Of a stretch of DNA of 62,375 nt, positions 27,501 through 36,816 are shown one piece after another. The position numbers and the translations under genes were made by a program. The notes beneath the pieces are model-generated. The model made no database searches, was not told where the DNA came from, and saw nothing but the letters and a program-made list of their open reading frames with translations. Numbering within the stretch: position 1 is the stretch's first letter; each line of letters starts with the position of its first letter. The DNA is from a virus. The stretch lies in the IMG/VR virus record IMGVR_UViG_3300042695_000799; one strand, written 5' to 3'.

Positions 27501-28627
27501 GCAACCCAGCCCTGAGTGACGGAACTTACAGCGTGCTCTTGCAGGGTGGCGGCGCTACACAAGAAACTGAAATTACCGTCGTTAACGGTCGCGCCATCAA
27601 TCAACCCAGCGCTATGTTTACAGTTGCCGAACTTGCTGCAACAGAAAAAACCTATAAGGTTTCAACGATGGGCTTTAATGATAATGGCGATATAGAGGTG
27701 ACTGCGCTTTACTGGCCTACTGACAGCTCTCGCCGTAGCCTGGTTTCCGCCGGTTGGGATGTGGCCTCCAACTGGGTTATTGAGGGCGCCATTGGCAGCG
27801 GAACACTATCAGGATCCCTGGCTCCCTCGTTCTCCGGGGCCTCGATCACTGGCCCCGGAACTCTGACCGTTGGGACTGCGGCCAGTTATTCAGCAATTGT
27901 TTCTGGCACTGGCACCGGATTTACTTACAGCTGGAGTGGCGCTGGCCTGACCTTTGGTAGCGCCAGCAGCGCAGTAACCACCATTACCGCTAGCAGCGCC
28001 GGCAACAAAACCGCCAGCTGCGCGGTTTCCAGGGATGATGTTACATTTACGGCGACCCATCCGATCCTGGCCGCAACCGCAACCGCAGCTACCACGATAG
28101 GAAGTGTTACCGTGTCGGGCTCCGGCGGCGGCGCTGGCCCTCTCACTGCCAATTATTCGGCTGCGATTAGTGGCACGGCGGCGGACTTGATTTATGGATG
28201 GTCGGCGCCTAAGATCCCATTAGCTGGCACAGTTTCGTTTTCGTCGGCCTCCGCTTCCACTGTTACCGCCGTCCTAACCGGCGCCGGTACTTATGCGCTG
28301 CAGTGCAGGGTGTCAAGCTACGGCGCAACTGATCGCGTGATTGAGCGCAGTTGCACGTTTACACTAGCAACTGATACATGCAATGCCACTGCTCACGGGC
28401 TTGCAGTTGACGACGAAATTACGTTTTCACTATTGAGCGGCGTACTGCCAACACCACTCTTGGAGCGCACTCCTTACTACGTCCGTTCCGGCGGGTTGAC
28501 CGCTGACGCGCTTACGCTGGCCTTGGTTCCCGGTGGTGCGGCAGTGGATCTAGGTGGTACGGCCAGTGGCGCCTATACTTTAACCCGAACAGGCAAGACC
28601 GATCTAATTGAGGTATTAGTGACATGA
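24575..28627 (+). CDS. Tail-tip/host-specificity protein (1350 aa) with two C-terminal Ig-like (PKD/Big-type) repeats
   Basis: ATG 24575 overlaps the upstream stop; the 24326 start in the ORF track is an in-frame shadow; repeats ...YSAIVSGTGTGFTYSWSG... and ...YSAAISGTAADLIYGWSA... Confidence 0.65.
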   Translation: MLGKRRQRPLLLIDQQIMEALGLSEAQYRQYEAEAARMSRTRPLSGPVALDPVTMILINLAISAALSAATYLLTPRLKRGSGPPNARQEIDQRGADLVSRTEFTARSGISSSQNTANIGSTIPVVWAKREVIDGVTYGGVRVNCTLLWSQMLSLGGSQMLRAIYMVGEAPIAGIDPSQIAFGENLLSSFDPAYDSESSARTTIYHRPGGGRIRASDRAAGRLAANDPGNAEANGGADVFQVRGLNNEWASATSYCYSPTGQTTFGVYSPIGNGLAYRVSPVLRPATNFNTVPAPRGYPDHVKIQCSPDNSALVQRQKNNSINQSRGGLTAHRRNGSAITSNELLVGDEVDYTLDSGTSAAESFASGNYSELKSDIAAAVGGRQRQWDGAIAVGDVYRIGSALAVCKSRSPSDDVFRSSVESQPIGGGVSVTATFQVTSAGVADFPGTSGTRAGTAAPHILRYASATIAIAQPAQVIEVNGKSSVGIRVAGFCNIQDAPNYHRIDLNACLIWDTMLLQQNELPQTTVFQNGSTTLPETRYTFWRFRYRITGSGSQWSQFPQLFGVSGSTQQAQFWWNRIEFPSRQRWEFSYLPVSGWEVRSGVASGDLVVIDARLSSVLTFSDGAAVIRLPGTMVARQQSEFQMPCTISVAGDIGIPYVDGSNIVDGWARLAEQFPYEEFVASCSAPEHEITHINVIDVAATPPSYDNICLLGACVRGASQQTTTLGQLSAFVDSAIDSSHSFPGLLAKALLNDRYGVGAMFSPLQVDTASFDSAAAWCRERGYFWDGALPEPVNIRQWGNDTAALFLLDLVPRNGVCYLEPAILFDEEEAVGESDLVNMGTIVPGSFGETYFPQQERQPIRVSVRWREQRQAEGDGSNRGMFPVIREVTVREAGTLANAPLETIDMSEFSTSEIHAIDVAKSKCRLKRLCTHQVRYAVIPQRANFSPARCFRLAAETVSYVSPCNGAILDDGTIISNPALSDGTYSVLLQGGGATQETEITVVNGRAINQPSAMFTVAELAATEKTYKVSTMGFNDNGDIEVTALYWPTDSSRRSLVSAGWDVASNWVIEGAIGSGTLSGSLAPSFSGASITGPGTLTVGTAASYSAIVSGTGTGFTYSWSGAGLTFGSASSAVTTITASSAGNKTASCAVSRDDVTFTATHPILAATATAATTIGSVTVSGSGGGAGPLTANYSAAISGTAADLIYGWSAPKIPLAGTVSFSSASASTVTAVLTGAGTYALQCRVSSYGATDRVIERSCTFTLATDTCNATAHGLAVDDEITFSLLSGVLPTPLLERTPYYVRSGGLTADALTLALVPGGAAVDLGGTASGAYTLTRTGKTDLIEVLVT

Positions 28628-29004
28628 CCGTACCGTTTCCCGCAATCAGGCCAATTGGCCGCGACTTTACACCCCCGTCTATTCCCGTGCGGCAACGCCG
28701 CTCGCTTGCCGGGGTTACGTTCACCCAGCAGTTGGGCAGTTTGGCCGTTGACGCGGAACTTTCTTTGCGGTTTGCCAATCGCCCTGATACTGAGTGGGAA
28801 CTGATTAGCGCCGCCTGGGCCGCCGGCCGCAACGGCATGGCTGAGGTGATTTTGCCGCCCGAGGTCTGGGCTCCCGGCGAGGCGCCAATCCTGCCTGGCC
28901 TGCAGTGGCGGTTTGTGCCAGACCAGCGGCCAAGTAAAAGCCAGGACCGCGAGCGACCGGGGCGGTTTGACACAGTAGTGCAACTGCGGGCAATTGCTGC
29001 CTAG
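28624..29004 (+). CDS. tail/baseplate-associated protein
   Basis: ATGA junction; structural block. Confidence 0.45.
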   Translation: MTVPFPAIRPIGRDFTPPSIPVRQRRSLAGVTFTQQLGSLAVDAELSLRFANRPDTEWELISAAWAAGRNGMAEVILPPEVWAPGEAPILPGLQWRFVPDQRPSKSQDRERPGRFDTVVQLRAIAA

Positions 29005-29024
29005 CATAGGGTAAAGGGGTTCTC

Positions 29025-29411
29025 ATGGCGTCAAACGTTTTAACCAGCCGAGACGCTGAGTTGAGGTTAGACGGAGTTGCCGCCGCCAAGGCAACCGACG
29101 TAAACCTAACGCTTGCCTCTGACCTGCTGGAAGATACGGCGCTTGGCCAAAAAAAGCGGACCCGCGTTTACGGTTTGCGCGATTACAGCGGTTCTTGCAC
29201 TTTGCTGTACGATCGCAGCAGCCAGGCCGGCATAATTCTGCGGCAGGCGATTGACGCAACGGACGAAGACCATGAGTTTATGTTATATTTGATTGACAAG
29301 AACATTGGCGGCACCGTGCTGTTCGGTCAGGTCAACATGTCCGCACAGGTGGGAAACATCGTGACACTTCAGGTCAGCATAAGTTTTAACGAAATTGAAG
29401 GAAACGTGTAA
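29025..29411 (+). CDS. tail-tube-fold-like protein (128 aa)
   Basis: ATDVNLTLASDLLEDTALGQKKRTRVYGLRDYSGSCTLLYD resembles major-tail (TP901-1-type) N-terminal patterns. Confidence 0.35.
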   Translation: MASNVLTSRDAELRLDGVAAAKATDVNLTLASDLLEDTALGQKKRTRVYGLRDYSGSCTLLYDRSSQAGIILRQAIDATDEDHEFMLYLIDKNIGGTVLFGQVNMSAQVGNIVTLQVSISFNEIEGNV

Positions 29412-30454
29412 TGGCCTTACTGGGCAGCGGAGGGGAACTAGAACTGAGCCGCGAAGCGCCTCCTTTAACAATTGTTACTGACGCACGATTTGACAGCGGA
29501 AAGTTATGGCTGGCTGAACCGGGCTACTGGCCCGGTGATCGTGTTTTACTGAGCTGCCCTAGGGGTCTGCCTCTTGATGTCGCAGGCAACGGCTACGCCG
29601 ATTGCCCTGATGGCCACCGCCACTGGGGCGGGCAGGGTGTTGCGGGGCCTGCCACTGCGCACCGTACAGGCGATTCGGGTCCGTATTGGGCGGCAAGCGA
29701 TTCTGCGCCGTTCTGGGAGGTCGCATCAGGAACAGGCTTGACAACGCAGCTCGATTGCTACGTTGGCCGCGATACGCTGGGCCGACTTTCTTTTTACAAT
29801 AGCGAAATAAATGCTGTCAATGGCGGCACAACTGGTAAATTCGTATTAACGGGTGTTGAGTTTGGCGCATTGATCATTAGCTCCTATTCAGCGGATGCAG
29901 CATTTCAGGCGGCTTTGGCTACTCTTGCCCAAACCGTGCAAGCCTTACTGCCGTTTAACAGTCCAGAACAGCCGGTTGAAAAAGTTGCCGCAATTCCCGA
30001 ACCGCTAGCCTCCCCGGATTTGATTGGTTGGAAGATTCAAGCAAACTTAGCGCAGTGGACCCTTGACCAAGAAAGTGGGACGCAAGATACGACCGCTCTT
30101 AGCGAGAGCTACGGAGACTCAGTAAAAGCCCTAGTGCGGGGCAGTGGGACGCTTCAGTTCGACGTTGACCGCACTTACCGCAGCGGCTACCAGGACACTA
30201 CCGCGCTTTTGCGCTTGGTGATGATGCTAAATCGCGGCTGCCGCACTCGGGCGAAGTTTTTCCTGTGTCGAAACCAGGCATCCGATCCAGTAGTTGCCAG
30301 TCCCGTGCGCGAGCCAAAACTGGGGGGAGCGCTTTGGTATGAAGCTGATTTATTGTTAGCGAAAACCGGCGTTCAAACCGCAGCCTCAGAGTTTATCACT
30401 GGCAGCGCAGCTTTCCTGGTCCTGGGCGAAACCCAGCTTAGGATGGGTGCCTAG
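29411..30454 (+). CDS. tail/baseplate protein (347 aa)
   Basis: taATG junction; structural block. Confidence 0.45.
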   Translation: MALLGSGGELELSREAPPLTIVTDARFDSGKLWLAEPGYWPGDRVLLSCPRGLPLDVAGNGYADCPDGHRHWGGQGVAGPATAHRTGDSGPYWAASDSAPFWEVASGTGLTTQLDCYVGRDTLGRLSFYNSEINAVNGGTTGKFVLTGVEFGALIISSYSADAAFQAALATLAQTVQALLPFNSPEQPVEKVAAIPEPLASPDLIGWKIQANLAQWTLDQESGTQDTTALSESYGDSVKALVRGSGTLQFDVDRTYRSGYQDTTALLRLVMMLNRGCRTRAKFFLCRNQASDPVVASPVREPKLGGALWYEADLLLAKTGVQTAASEFITGSAAFLVLGETQLRMGA

Positions 30455-30479
30455 AATTACAGTAGCCATGCAGTATTAA

Positions 30480-33400
30480 GTGACGATCATTAAAAGGGCA
30501 GGCGAATCCGGTAGTTGGCCGCTGACTAACAGTCAGGCCACGGTAAAACAGCAACTTAGTGCCCTGCTTGACGCTGTACGGCAGTTGGTTGGAAACGCCA
30601 ATATCGCCTCCGGTAGCAGCGAATCCACGGACCCGCTGACAGCTCCATTTCATTTGTATGTTGACTTTGATCGTGGTTCCGATATTTACGTTACTGGTGA
30701 TTACAACTCATTTGAAGTAACAGGCACTGACGAAGAGATCATTGCTCAAAAGCTGAAGCGTGTCCGCAACCAAAGAATGGTTGCGGGTTACACCAAGGCG
30801 CGACCGTTCAAGACGCTAAACCGCGCAAAACTAGAAGCAGCGATTATTACGTCGCTTGCATGGTACACGTTCACTGATGAACGCGCCCACAGGGATTGCG
30901 TCATCATCCACATGGGTTCCGGCCCGCAGCCGATCTACAATCACCCCGGCACTCACTCCAGCGCTGCTGCGATCACCGCCTGGGGGGACGGCAAAGTCCC
31001 GACATGGCAAGAACTGATTGCGTTTAACAACGACGCAATTGGCTCCGTGCTTCTTCCGCGTGGCGCGGCCTTTCATGGTGAAGACCTAAGAAAATGCGTT
31101 CAGGTGCCGATGTGGGCGCCTCCCGCCGCTGATATTGCCCCTGACTACAGCAACATCAGAACAATCCTCAGCCTAACCCCTGACGTTCACGCTGTAGATT
31201 TCACGTTCCGCGACCCCATTGGCCAGTCCGAATCCCTGCACTTACTCTACGGCCTGGGCTATGCAAGCCAAGATGAACTGAACCAGTTCTACGGCAAGGT
31301 TCGGACAGCTCTTGGCACTAGCGCCAATCTTTCTTCCGGCTTGGCGGTGGCCCGCCTCTCTGAATACCAAGTCGTCGGCCCGATTGCCGGCGCCCCTGCC
31401 CGCACATGGGACACCGTTAAGAGCGCATCGGCTTACCCAGAGCGAATCAGCATACGCTCTCAGTGGGGCATGGGCGCCCTGTTTATTGACGGTCGAAAGC
31501 TGCAAGGTCTGCGCTCAACCGTGACGGCGCAGTACACAGGTGTTGAGCAGCAGACTGACCTCAATAGTATCCAGATTTATTCCGGCGGTTCCTGGGTCAC
31601 GCCTGCAACCTATCAAGCGTATATTGATTCGCAACCGAACGACACCAGGACCAAGCCAGAGCGGATGCACTGCCAGGTACTCGCCGTAGGCCCTGCATTC
31701 GTTTCAACTGTTTCAATGTTCGGGGTTTGCCCTGCTGTCCAAGTGTACGCAGACCTCGGGGCTGAAGTTACGAGTTCAAACGGTAATTTTACGTTTGGTG
31801 AATGTGCAGCGATTGCTCGTGGCTACAAAGATGCGGCATTCCCGCAGGATAAAAACTGGGGAGTTGATCGCATAAGCGCACCCTTAAATCCGTCAGCACT
31901 ACCATCCGCTGTCTCCAGGATACCCCTTGGTACGGTGTCTGCCGTTTCCGGCGCCACTATAACTCTTGCCGTAGCATTGGCCGCTGGCGCATCTAACAAT
32001 ATCCCAGCCGTACTAGAGGCCGCTGGCTACTCGCTTGCGGGTGGCAATTACATCTGGGTAGAAAACCCAGTGGGCGATGACTGGAGGGCCTTGCTAACTG
32101 GCTCAGCGTGGTCCACCAGCAACCCTAGTGTCATCAATATCACCGCCGCATTGGCAGAGGGCAACGGCGACGCGGCCCCCGTGCCGGTCGCAAACGGAAG
32201 CAGTTTGGCAATCGGAAAGAAGGTTTACATTAGGCGAGTTGTCGATTCTCGCACGACCGCTCAGCGGCGTTCGTCACTGCGGCTGATTAACACGGCGCCA
32301 ACTCGCGTTCCGCCTCGCGGCACGGTGCTACAAACTACACCGGCTGGCACTGGCATCAGTCGCGTGCTCGCACCTGAAACTACCGCCAATACTGGGGGTG
32401 AAGTTTTAATTGTCAACCGTCAGGGCGGCACGATCGGCGCGGTAACCTCCACCGCTGAAATTACAATCCGGCGCGGTGCCGCATCGGTCAATTACGCGGG
32501 CTCCACGTACTTCAGGAAGGGTCAAGTTGTTAAAGCTCTTAACAAGCATTGGCAAGCCAAGGCCGATCTCGTCAGTGCAGGATCAACGCCTGACCCTGCT
32601 CTATGGGGCGAGATTTACCGGCACATGCCGGAGCAGTACAACCCTTCCGACAAGGCTGAAAACGAATGCCCGCAGATCAAGTTTGACGTTGATACTGATC
32701 CGCTAGACAATACTACAGCTTGCGGAATTAACTGGGCAACAATCTTTACATCCGCCGGTTCAGTTCGGGATCAATTTCGTTCCGGTGTAGACGCATTAGG
32801 GATTTACGCCTTCCTGCGGGCTCTTGGCTTTTCCGATGGGGCGGCATGGGCTGCGCTGACCCCGCGCACGTCAGAGGCTTTAAGGCTTCTCAACCCAGCC
32901 TCGTCTACGGATTTTCCGACTGCCCCAAGCGGCGGTGCCGCCTCGGGCCGCGCAAACTGGTCTGTTGAGTTTCGACGCGCAACCACAGTTAGCCTGCTTG
33001 GATTTACCTACGACGTTGGCGCTGGAATGGGTGTCACCTATTCCAAGGCGCTACCCCAGGCACAGAAGACAATTAGCCCCGAAAACCTATTTTCAACGTA
33101 TTTTACATCGCAAGGTGGCGGCAGGGCGATCGTTCGCGGCACCAACGAGGAGGGTCAAGAGGTCACCGTTCGGGGCCTAATCGACGCAGAGACAGGAGAG
33201 CTTACCCTGGCCGGCGACCTTGGCGGCAATGACATTGACTCACCGCAAAAACTTGAAAACGGCTCCATCATAGGCACGGTTGATTTTTCCAGCGTAACTG
33301 ATCTAACAGGGGGCAATGCTGTAGGCGCCAGGGCTTCAACCACCCGCTATGGCTTCAATGCGCTGGCGCCACTAGCCGAGGCGCTCAAAACCGGATCTGC

Positions 33401-35207
33401 GGCTCCGCTCGCCACGAATGATGCCGGTATCAACGCAGCGCCCGAGGGGGTGACAGTGCCGTTCTTAAATGCCTGGAAGAGCGCCAATCAGCTTGTATCC
33501 GCGCTAGCCACCGAAGTAGAAATCTTCGTCAAAGCGGGCGCAACAGATCGCTCCCTGGCTAGTATGCTAGCAACACCCCCAACGGCAGCAGCAAACGCCA
33601 TTCCCTCATTAGCCCGAGCGGCTGAGTATGCCAACTACGTGCTTGCTGGCAGCGAGCAAACGGCGGTGGTCAAGCTTGCCGCCTCTGGGGCAGCCGATGC
33701 TGATGCCGCGAGAGCGGACGGAACAGGGTATTACTACCCTAACGCAACATGGACATGCAATGTCAGGCTTGAGGCGTGGAACAGCAGCTTTACAGCAATG
33801 CCGTTCCCAAGCAACTCTCCATCAAGTACCCTAGGCGCAACAAATTTCTTTGCTGGTGAAGGTTATGGCGATGCAACACTAATCCCGCAGTTCATCCCAT
33901 TCCGAATACTTGTACGCGGTAGCAGTGCCGGCACTGATAGCAATGGAACAAGGCTGCATATTGCCTGCAGTCCATACACAATGGCTTTTCAAAAGTCGGT
34001 TGAGTCCAAGGGTGGCTTTGCCTTCCTTGGCCTTGCCGAAGTTATAAAATGGGTTGCTGGTAACGTCAGCGTTCGAGCGCCACTCTTTATTGCAGGGTCT
34101 GGCGGTGATCCTCTGACCCCAAGTCAGATAGTAGGTCTTACATATTCAGCCAATACTGCTACAAACGTTGATAACCTGCTTAACAGTATCAGGGTAGCAA
34201 CGAGTTTTAATGGTGCCTTTAGCACTTGGATTAGTGGCGGCGCAGTAATTCAACTGGCTGGGCGTGCCACTGATCTGGCATGGGTAAAGGACTTTATTTT
34301 CGGTCCCGGCCTTCCATCGCATAAGGAAAACCTAGGCCTCGCACGTTCTCCTTACATTGACATTCAGACAGAAGTTCCTTTCAGGTTTAGCAGCATCTAC
34401 CTCCGTGGAAATACTGTAATCACCAGTAATGGTATAGGGTTGCCATCAACCGGAACTGGGTGGCCAATCGAAAATTCAAACGTTCGGCATTATGGGTCAG
34501 TCCTTCAGCAAACACCTTGGACATTCCGGCAGTTCTATCATACGTTCATAGGATGCAGCAAGCCTGGCGTTAAGCTAAACCTAATACAGGTTGGCCGTAC
34601 CATTTTCGTGCGCTCGTCGCAGGCTCCAATCGATAGCGGCTGGAACTCCTCTACATTCCGCAATTACTTTAAGGACTTGACAGGCAGGTATCTCCCTAAT
34701 CACATCCATCTGGTTAAGAGTGACGGGACCGAACCCGCTTCTGGTGATCTTGACAATGGGCCATTTGTGGATCAATTCATCCACGCTCCATCATCAATTT
34801 CAATTGACGTGATATTCTTCAATGCGGGCCTTGACGGAACTGCGCCCACCAGCCCAGGTTTTGTGGGCCGGTTTGGGTCCAATGGCCACAACAACACCAA
34901 GGCAAGAGGTATTTTACTGGGCAACCAGTTTGACGATCCCGAGGGTGGAGTGATGCAGTTGAGTCAAAGCGAGGCAACCATCTGGATTGAAGCGGGCGCT
35001 TCAGCGTCAGGCTTGGCAGCATCTCGAATCTCTTTCATAGCCACCGGAAACACAACAACCTTTGGGCAAGGTTTTCCGGCTGGAGCAAACCCTGTTATTA
35101 CGACCACTGACAGCGTAGTTGATCTTAATGTCGGTGGCCGTAGCTGGAAGTCGGGAATCGACACCCAGTACGGTTCTATCATCAAATCCAGAAACGTCAC
35201 CATCTAG
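30480..35207 (+). CDS. Giant tail fibre/tailspike-like protein (1575 aa, GTG start)
   Basis: Longest ORF in the window; last large gene of the tail block; Ser/Thr/Gly/Ala/Asn-rich. Confidence 0.6.
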   Translation: MTIIKRAGESGSWPLTNSQATVKQQLSALLDAVRQLVGNANIASGSSESTDPLTAPFHLYVDFDRGSDIYVTGDYNSFEVTGTDEEIIAQKLKRVRNQRMVAGYTKARPFKTLNRAKLEAAIITSLAWYTFTDERAHRDCVIIHMGSGPQPIYNHPGTHSSAAAITAWGDGKVPTWQELIAFNNDAIGSVLLPRGAAFHGEDLRKCVQVPMWAPPAADIAPDYSNIRTILSLTPDVHAVDFTFRDPIGQSESLHLLYGLGYASQDELNQFYGKVRTALGTSANLSSGLAVARLSEYQVVGPIAGAPARTWDTVKSASAYPERISIRSQWGMGALFIDGRKLQGLRSTVTAQYTGVEQQTDLNSIQIYSGGSWVTPATYQAYIDSQPNDTRTKPERMHCQVLAVGPAFVSTVSMFGVCPAVQVYADLGAEVTSSNGNFTFGECAAIARGYKDAAFPQDKNWGVDRISAPLNPSALPSAVSRIPLGTVSAVSGATITLAVALAAGASNNIPAVLEAAGYSLAGGNYIWVENPVGDDWRALLTGSAWSTSNPSVINITAALAEGNGDAAPVPVANGSSLAIGKKVYIRRVVDSRTTAQRRSSLRLINTAPTRVPPRGTVLQTTPAGTGISRVLAPETTANTGGEVLIVNRQGGTIGAVTSTAEITIRRGAASVNYAGSTYFRKGQVVKALNKHWQAKADLVSAGSTPDPALWGEIYRHMPEQYNPSDKAENECPQIKFDVDTDPLDNTTACGINWATIFTSAGSVRDQFRSGVDALGIYAFLRALGFSDGAAWAALTPRTSEALRLLNPASSTDFPTAPSGGAASGRANWSVEFRRATTVSLLGFTYDVGAGMGVTYSKALPQAQKTISPENLFSTYFTSQGGGRAIVRGTNEEGQEVTVRGLIDAETGELTLAGDLGGNDIDSPQKLENGSIIGTVDFSSVTDLTGGNAVGARASTTRYGFNALAPLAEALKTGSAAPLATNDAGINAAPEGVTVPFLNAWKSANQLVSALATEVEIFVKAGATDRSLASMLATPPTAAANAIPSLARAAEYANYVLAGSEQTAVVKLAASGAADADAARADGTGYYYPNATWTCNVRLEAWNSSFTAMPFPSNSPSSTLGATNFFAGEGYGDATLIPQFIPFRILVRGSSAGTDSNGTRLHIACSPYTMAFQKSVESKGGFAFLGLAEVIKWVAGNVSVRAPLFIAGSGGDPLTPSQIVGLTYSANTATNVDNLLNSIRVATSFNGAFSTWISGGAVIQLAGRATDLAWVKDFIFGPGLPSHKENLGLARSPYIDIQTEVPFRFSSIYLRGNTVITSNGIGLPSTGTGWPIENSNVRHYGSVLQQTPWTFRQFYHTFIGCSKPGVKLNLIQVGRTIFVRSSQAPIDSGWNSSTFRNYFKDLTGRYLPNHIHLVKSDGTEPASGDLDNGPFVDQFIHAPSSISIDVIFFNAGLDGTAPTSPGFVGRFGSNGHNNTKARGILLGNQFDDPEGGVMQLSQSEATIWIEAGASASGLAASRISFIATGNTTTFGQGFPAGANPVITTTDSVVDLNVGGRSWKSGIDTQYGSIIKSRNVTI

Positions 35208-35209
35208 CC

Positions 35210-35386
35210 ATGCCCCTCCCATCTGATTCCGATTACATCTCGCTCGCGCCTCCAGAGGTGCAGGCCCACTCCAGCTTGTTCCGCACGCTGCTGGCGATGA
35301 ACGACGACCCCTACGCGCCCCATTCCTATCAGCCACAAATGATCCAAAACATTGAAGAAGGCCTTGTCATCCCACAAGAAGGATGA
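35210..35386 (+). CDS. Possible 58-aa protein (MPLPSDSDYISLAPPEVQAHSSLF...)
   Basis: Manual translation; ATG 3 nt after the fibre stop. Confidence 0.3.
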   Translation: MPLPSDSDYISLAPPEVQAHSSLFRTLLAMNDDPYAPHSYQPQMIQNIEEGLVIPQEG

Positions 35387-35421
35387 CCGACACCAGCACC
35401 GCATTAGGGTGTGTTTGATCC

Positions 35422-35452
35422 GTAGCCTGCCGTACTCCGCTGTAGCCTGCCG
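35422..35452. repeat. Direct repeat GTAGCCTGCCG x2 (20-bp period) upstream of a TAGAAT box (35472-35477)
   Basis: 35422-35432 and 35442-35452; in the noncoding gap before the lysis genes. Confidence 0.7.
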
Positions 35453-35501
35453 CAGGCAAGGAGCATGGACCTAGAATTAGGATACCAGAGCCAGGTTTGC
35501 C

Positions 35502-35879
35502 GTGGGTGCTTTAGAGCCAATAGCGCTCCTCGTTGCAGGCGCAATCGTGAAGTGGATATTTGATTTAGCGGCTGAGCGCACAAAAAAAGCAGACGAAATT
35601 GACAAAAGTCTTGCATCAGAAGGCAATAAATTGCGTGACAAAGTTGCGGAAATTGACAAAACGAACTCAACTGCTATTGCCACGCTTAATTCTGGAATTA
35701 ACCACGTAGCCGGAGAACTTTCTGGTATTCGTAGTGACATGAAGGATCATCGCGCTGTTGTCTTTCAACGCCTAGAGCGCAACGAGCAAGAGATTGGGAA
35801 TGTAAAAACGCTTGTGCAAAAAACCAACGTTCACGTTCAAGCCATTCAATGCAAGCTGAACGAAAAGCCAACGTTATGA
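35502..35879 (+). CDS. Lysis-cassette membrane/coiled-coil protein (holin or spanin-like)
   Basis: N-terminal hydrophobic segment LEPIALLVAGAIVKWIF, then a coiled coil; precedes the holin-like and endolysin-like genes. Confidence 0.4.
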   Translation: MGALEPIALLVAGAIVKWIFDLAAERTKKADEIDKSLASEGNKLRDKVAEIDKTNSTAIATLNSGINHVAGELSGIRSDMKDHRAVVFQRLERNEQEIGNVKTLVQKTNVHVQAIQCKLNEKPTL

Positions 35880-36112
35880 ATAAAGTAGAATCTATTATTG
35901 GTATTGGTTCCACATCTCTTTTGGCAGCCGTTATGGGTGCAATTTACATTGTTGATTGCCGCAGTTTTGCTAAAACCGGCGACGAGGCAAGCGCTTGCTA
36001 CCTGACTGGCCTGCCAATCATGGGAATTACCGTTGCTGGCTACGGTGGCTTCAAGGCTGGCTATAATACATATAACCCAGCTTTGCGCAAACCGGAGGAC
36101 GAGCAACAATGA
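35876..36112 (+). CDS. putative holin (two hydrophobic segments)
   Basis: IIGIGSTSLLAAVMGAIYIV and LTGLPIMGITVAGYGGF; ATGA junctions on both sides. Confidence 0.5.
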   Translation: MNKVESIIGIGSTSLLAAVMGAIYIVDCRSFAKTGDEASACYLTGLPIMGITVAGYGGFKAGYNTYNPALRKPEDEQQ

Positions 36113-36777
36113 TCTCTGATTACGTCACTTACTTTGATTCTGGCAAACCTCATCACCGTGCATGGTTGCAGGCGGTGCTGGATCGGTTGGCCGCTTTGGA
36201 CCCGAAAGCGTTAGATGCAAATGGAGAGCTAAGAAAGCTATGGGTAAGCGCGTCTAGTGTAAACTTAAAGGTTCCATATTTCAGCCAAAATGATAACGCA
36301 AGCGGCACGGGTTACAGGGAGTGCTTTAGCTCAAGCTGTGCAATGCTCGCTTCCTATTGGGGCAAGGTGTCAGGGGACGATGCCTACAACCAGATTCGAT
36401 CAAAATTCGGGGATTCGACCGATGCACAAGCGCAACTGTTGGCGCTGCGCTCGCTTGGGCTGGCGGCAAATTTCCGCACCGATGGCACACCTGAGCTGCT
36501 AAAGCAAGAATTAGACGCGGGTCGCCCAGTCGCAGTTGGCTGGCTGCATCAGGGACCGGTCAAGGCGCCTACCGGCTTTGGCCACTGGACGGTAGCCATC
36601 GGGCACCGCCCAAATTCTTGGCAAATGAACGATCCAAACGGTGAGGCTGATTTAGTTAATGGTGGCTACACACGCAGTCTCAATGGTGCTAACCTGAGCT
36701 ACAGCACTGCTAACTGGAATCCGCGCTGGATGGTGCGCGGGACCGGGGGGTGGATGCTAACCTGCAAACGACAGTGA
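36109..36777 (+). CDS. putative endolysin, C39-like (papain-fold) cysteine peptidase
   Basis: VPYFSQNDNASGTGYRECFSSSCAMLASYWG ... GHWTVAIGH (Cys/His pattern of the Peptidase_C39_2 type). Confidence 0.5.
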   Translation: MISDYVTYFDSGKPHHRAWLQAVLDRLAALDPKALDANGELRKLWVSASSVNLKVPYFSQNDNASGTGYRECFSSSCAMLASYWGKVSGDDAYNQIRSKFGDSTDAQAQLLALRSLGLAANFRTDGTPELLKQELDAGRPVAVGWLHQGPVKAPTGFGHWTVAIGHRPNSWQMNDPNGEADLVNGGYTRSLNGANLSYSTANWNPRWMVRGTGGWMLTCKRQ

Positions 36778-36816
36778 ATACAGGGCACATCGCATACCAT
36801 CAAGGGGTCCAAGCTT

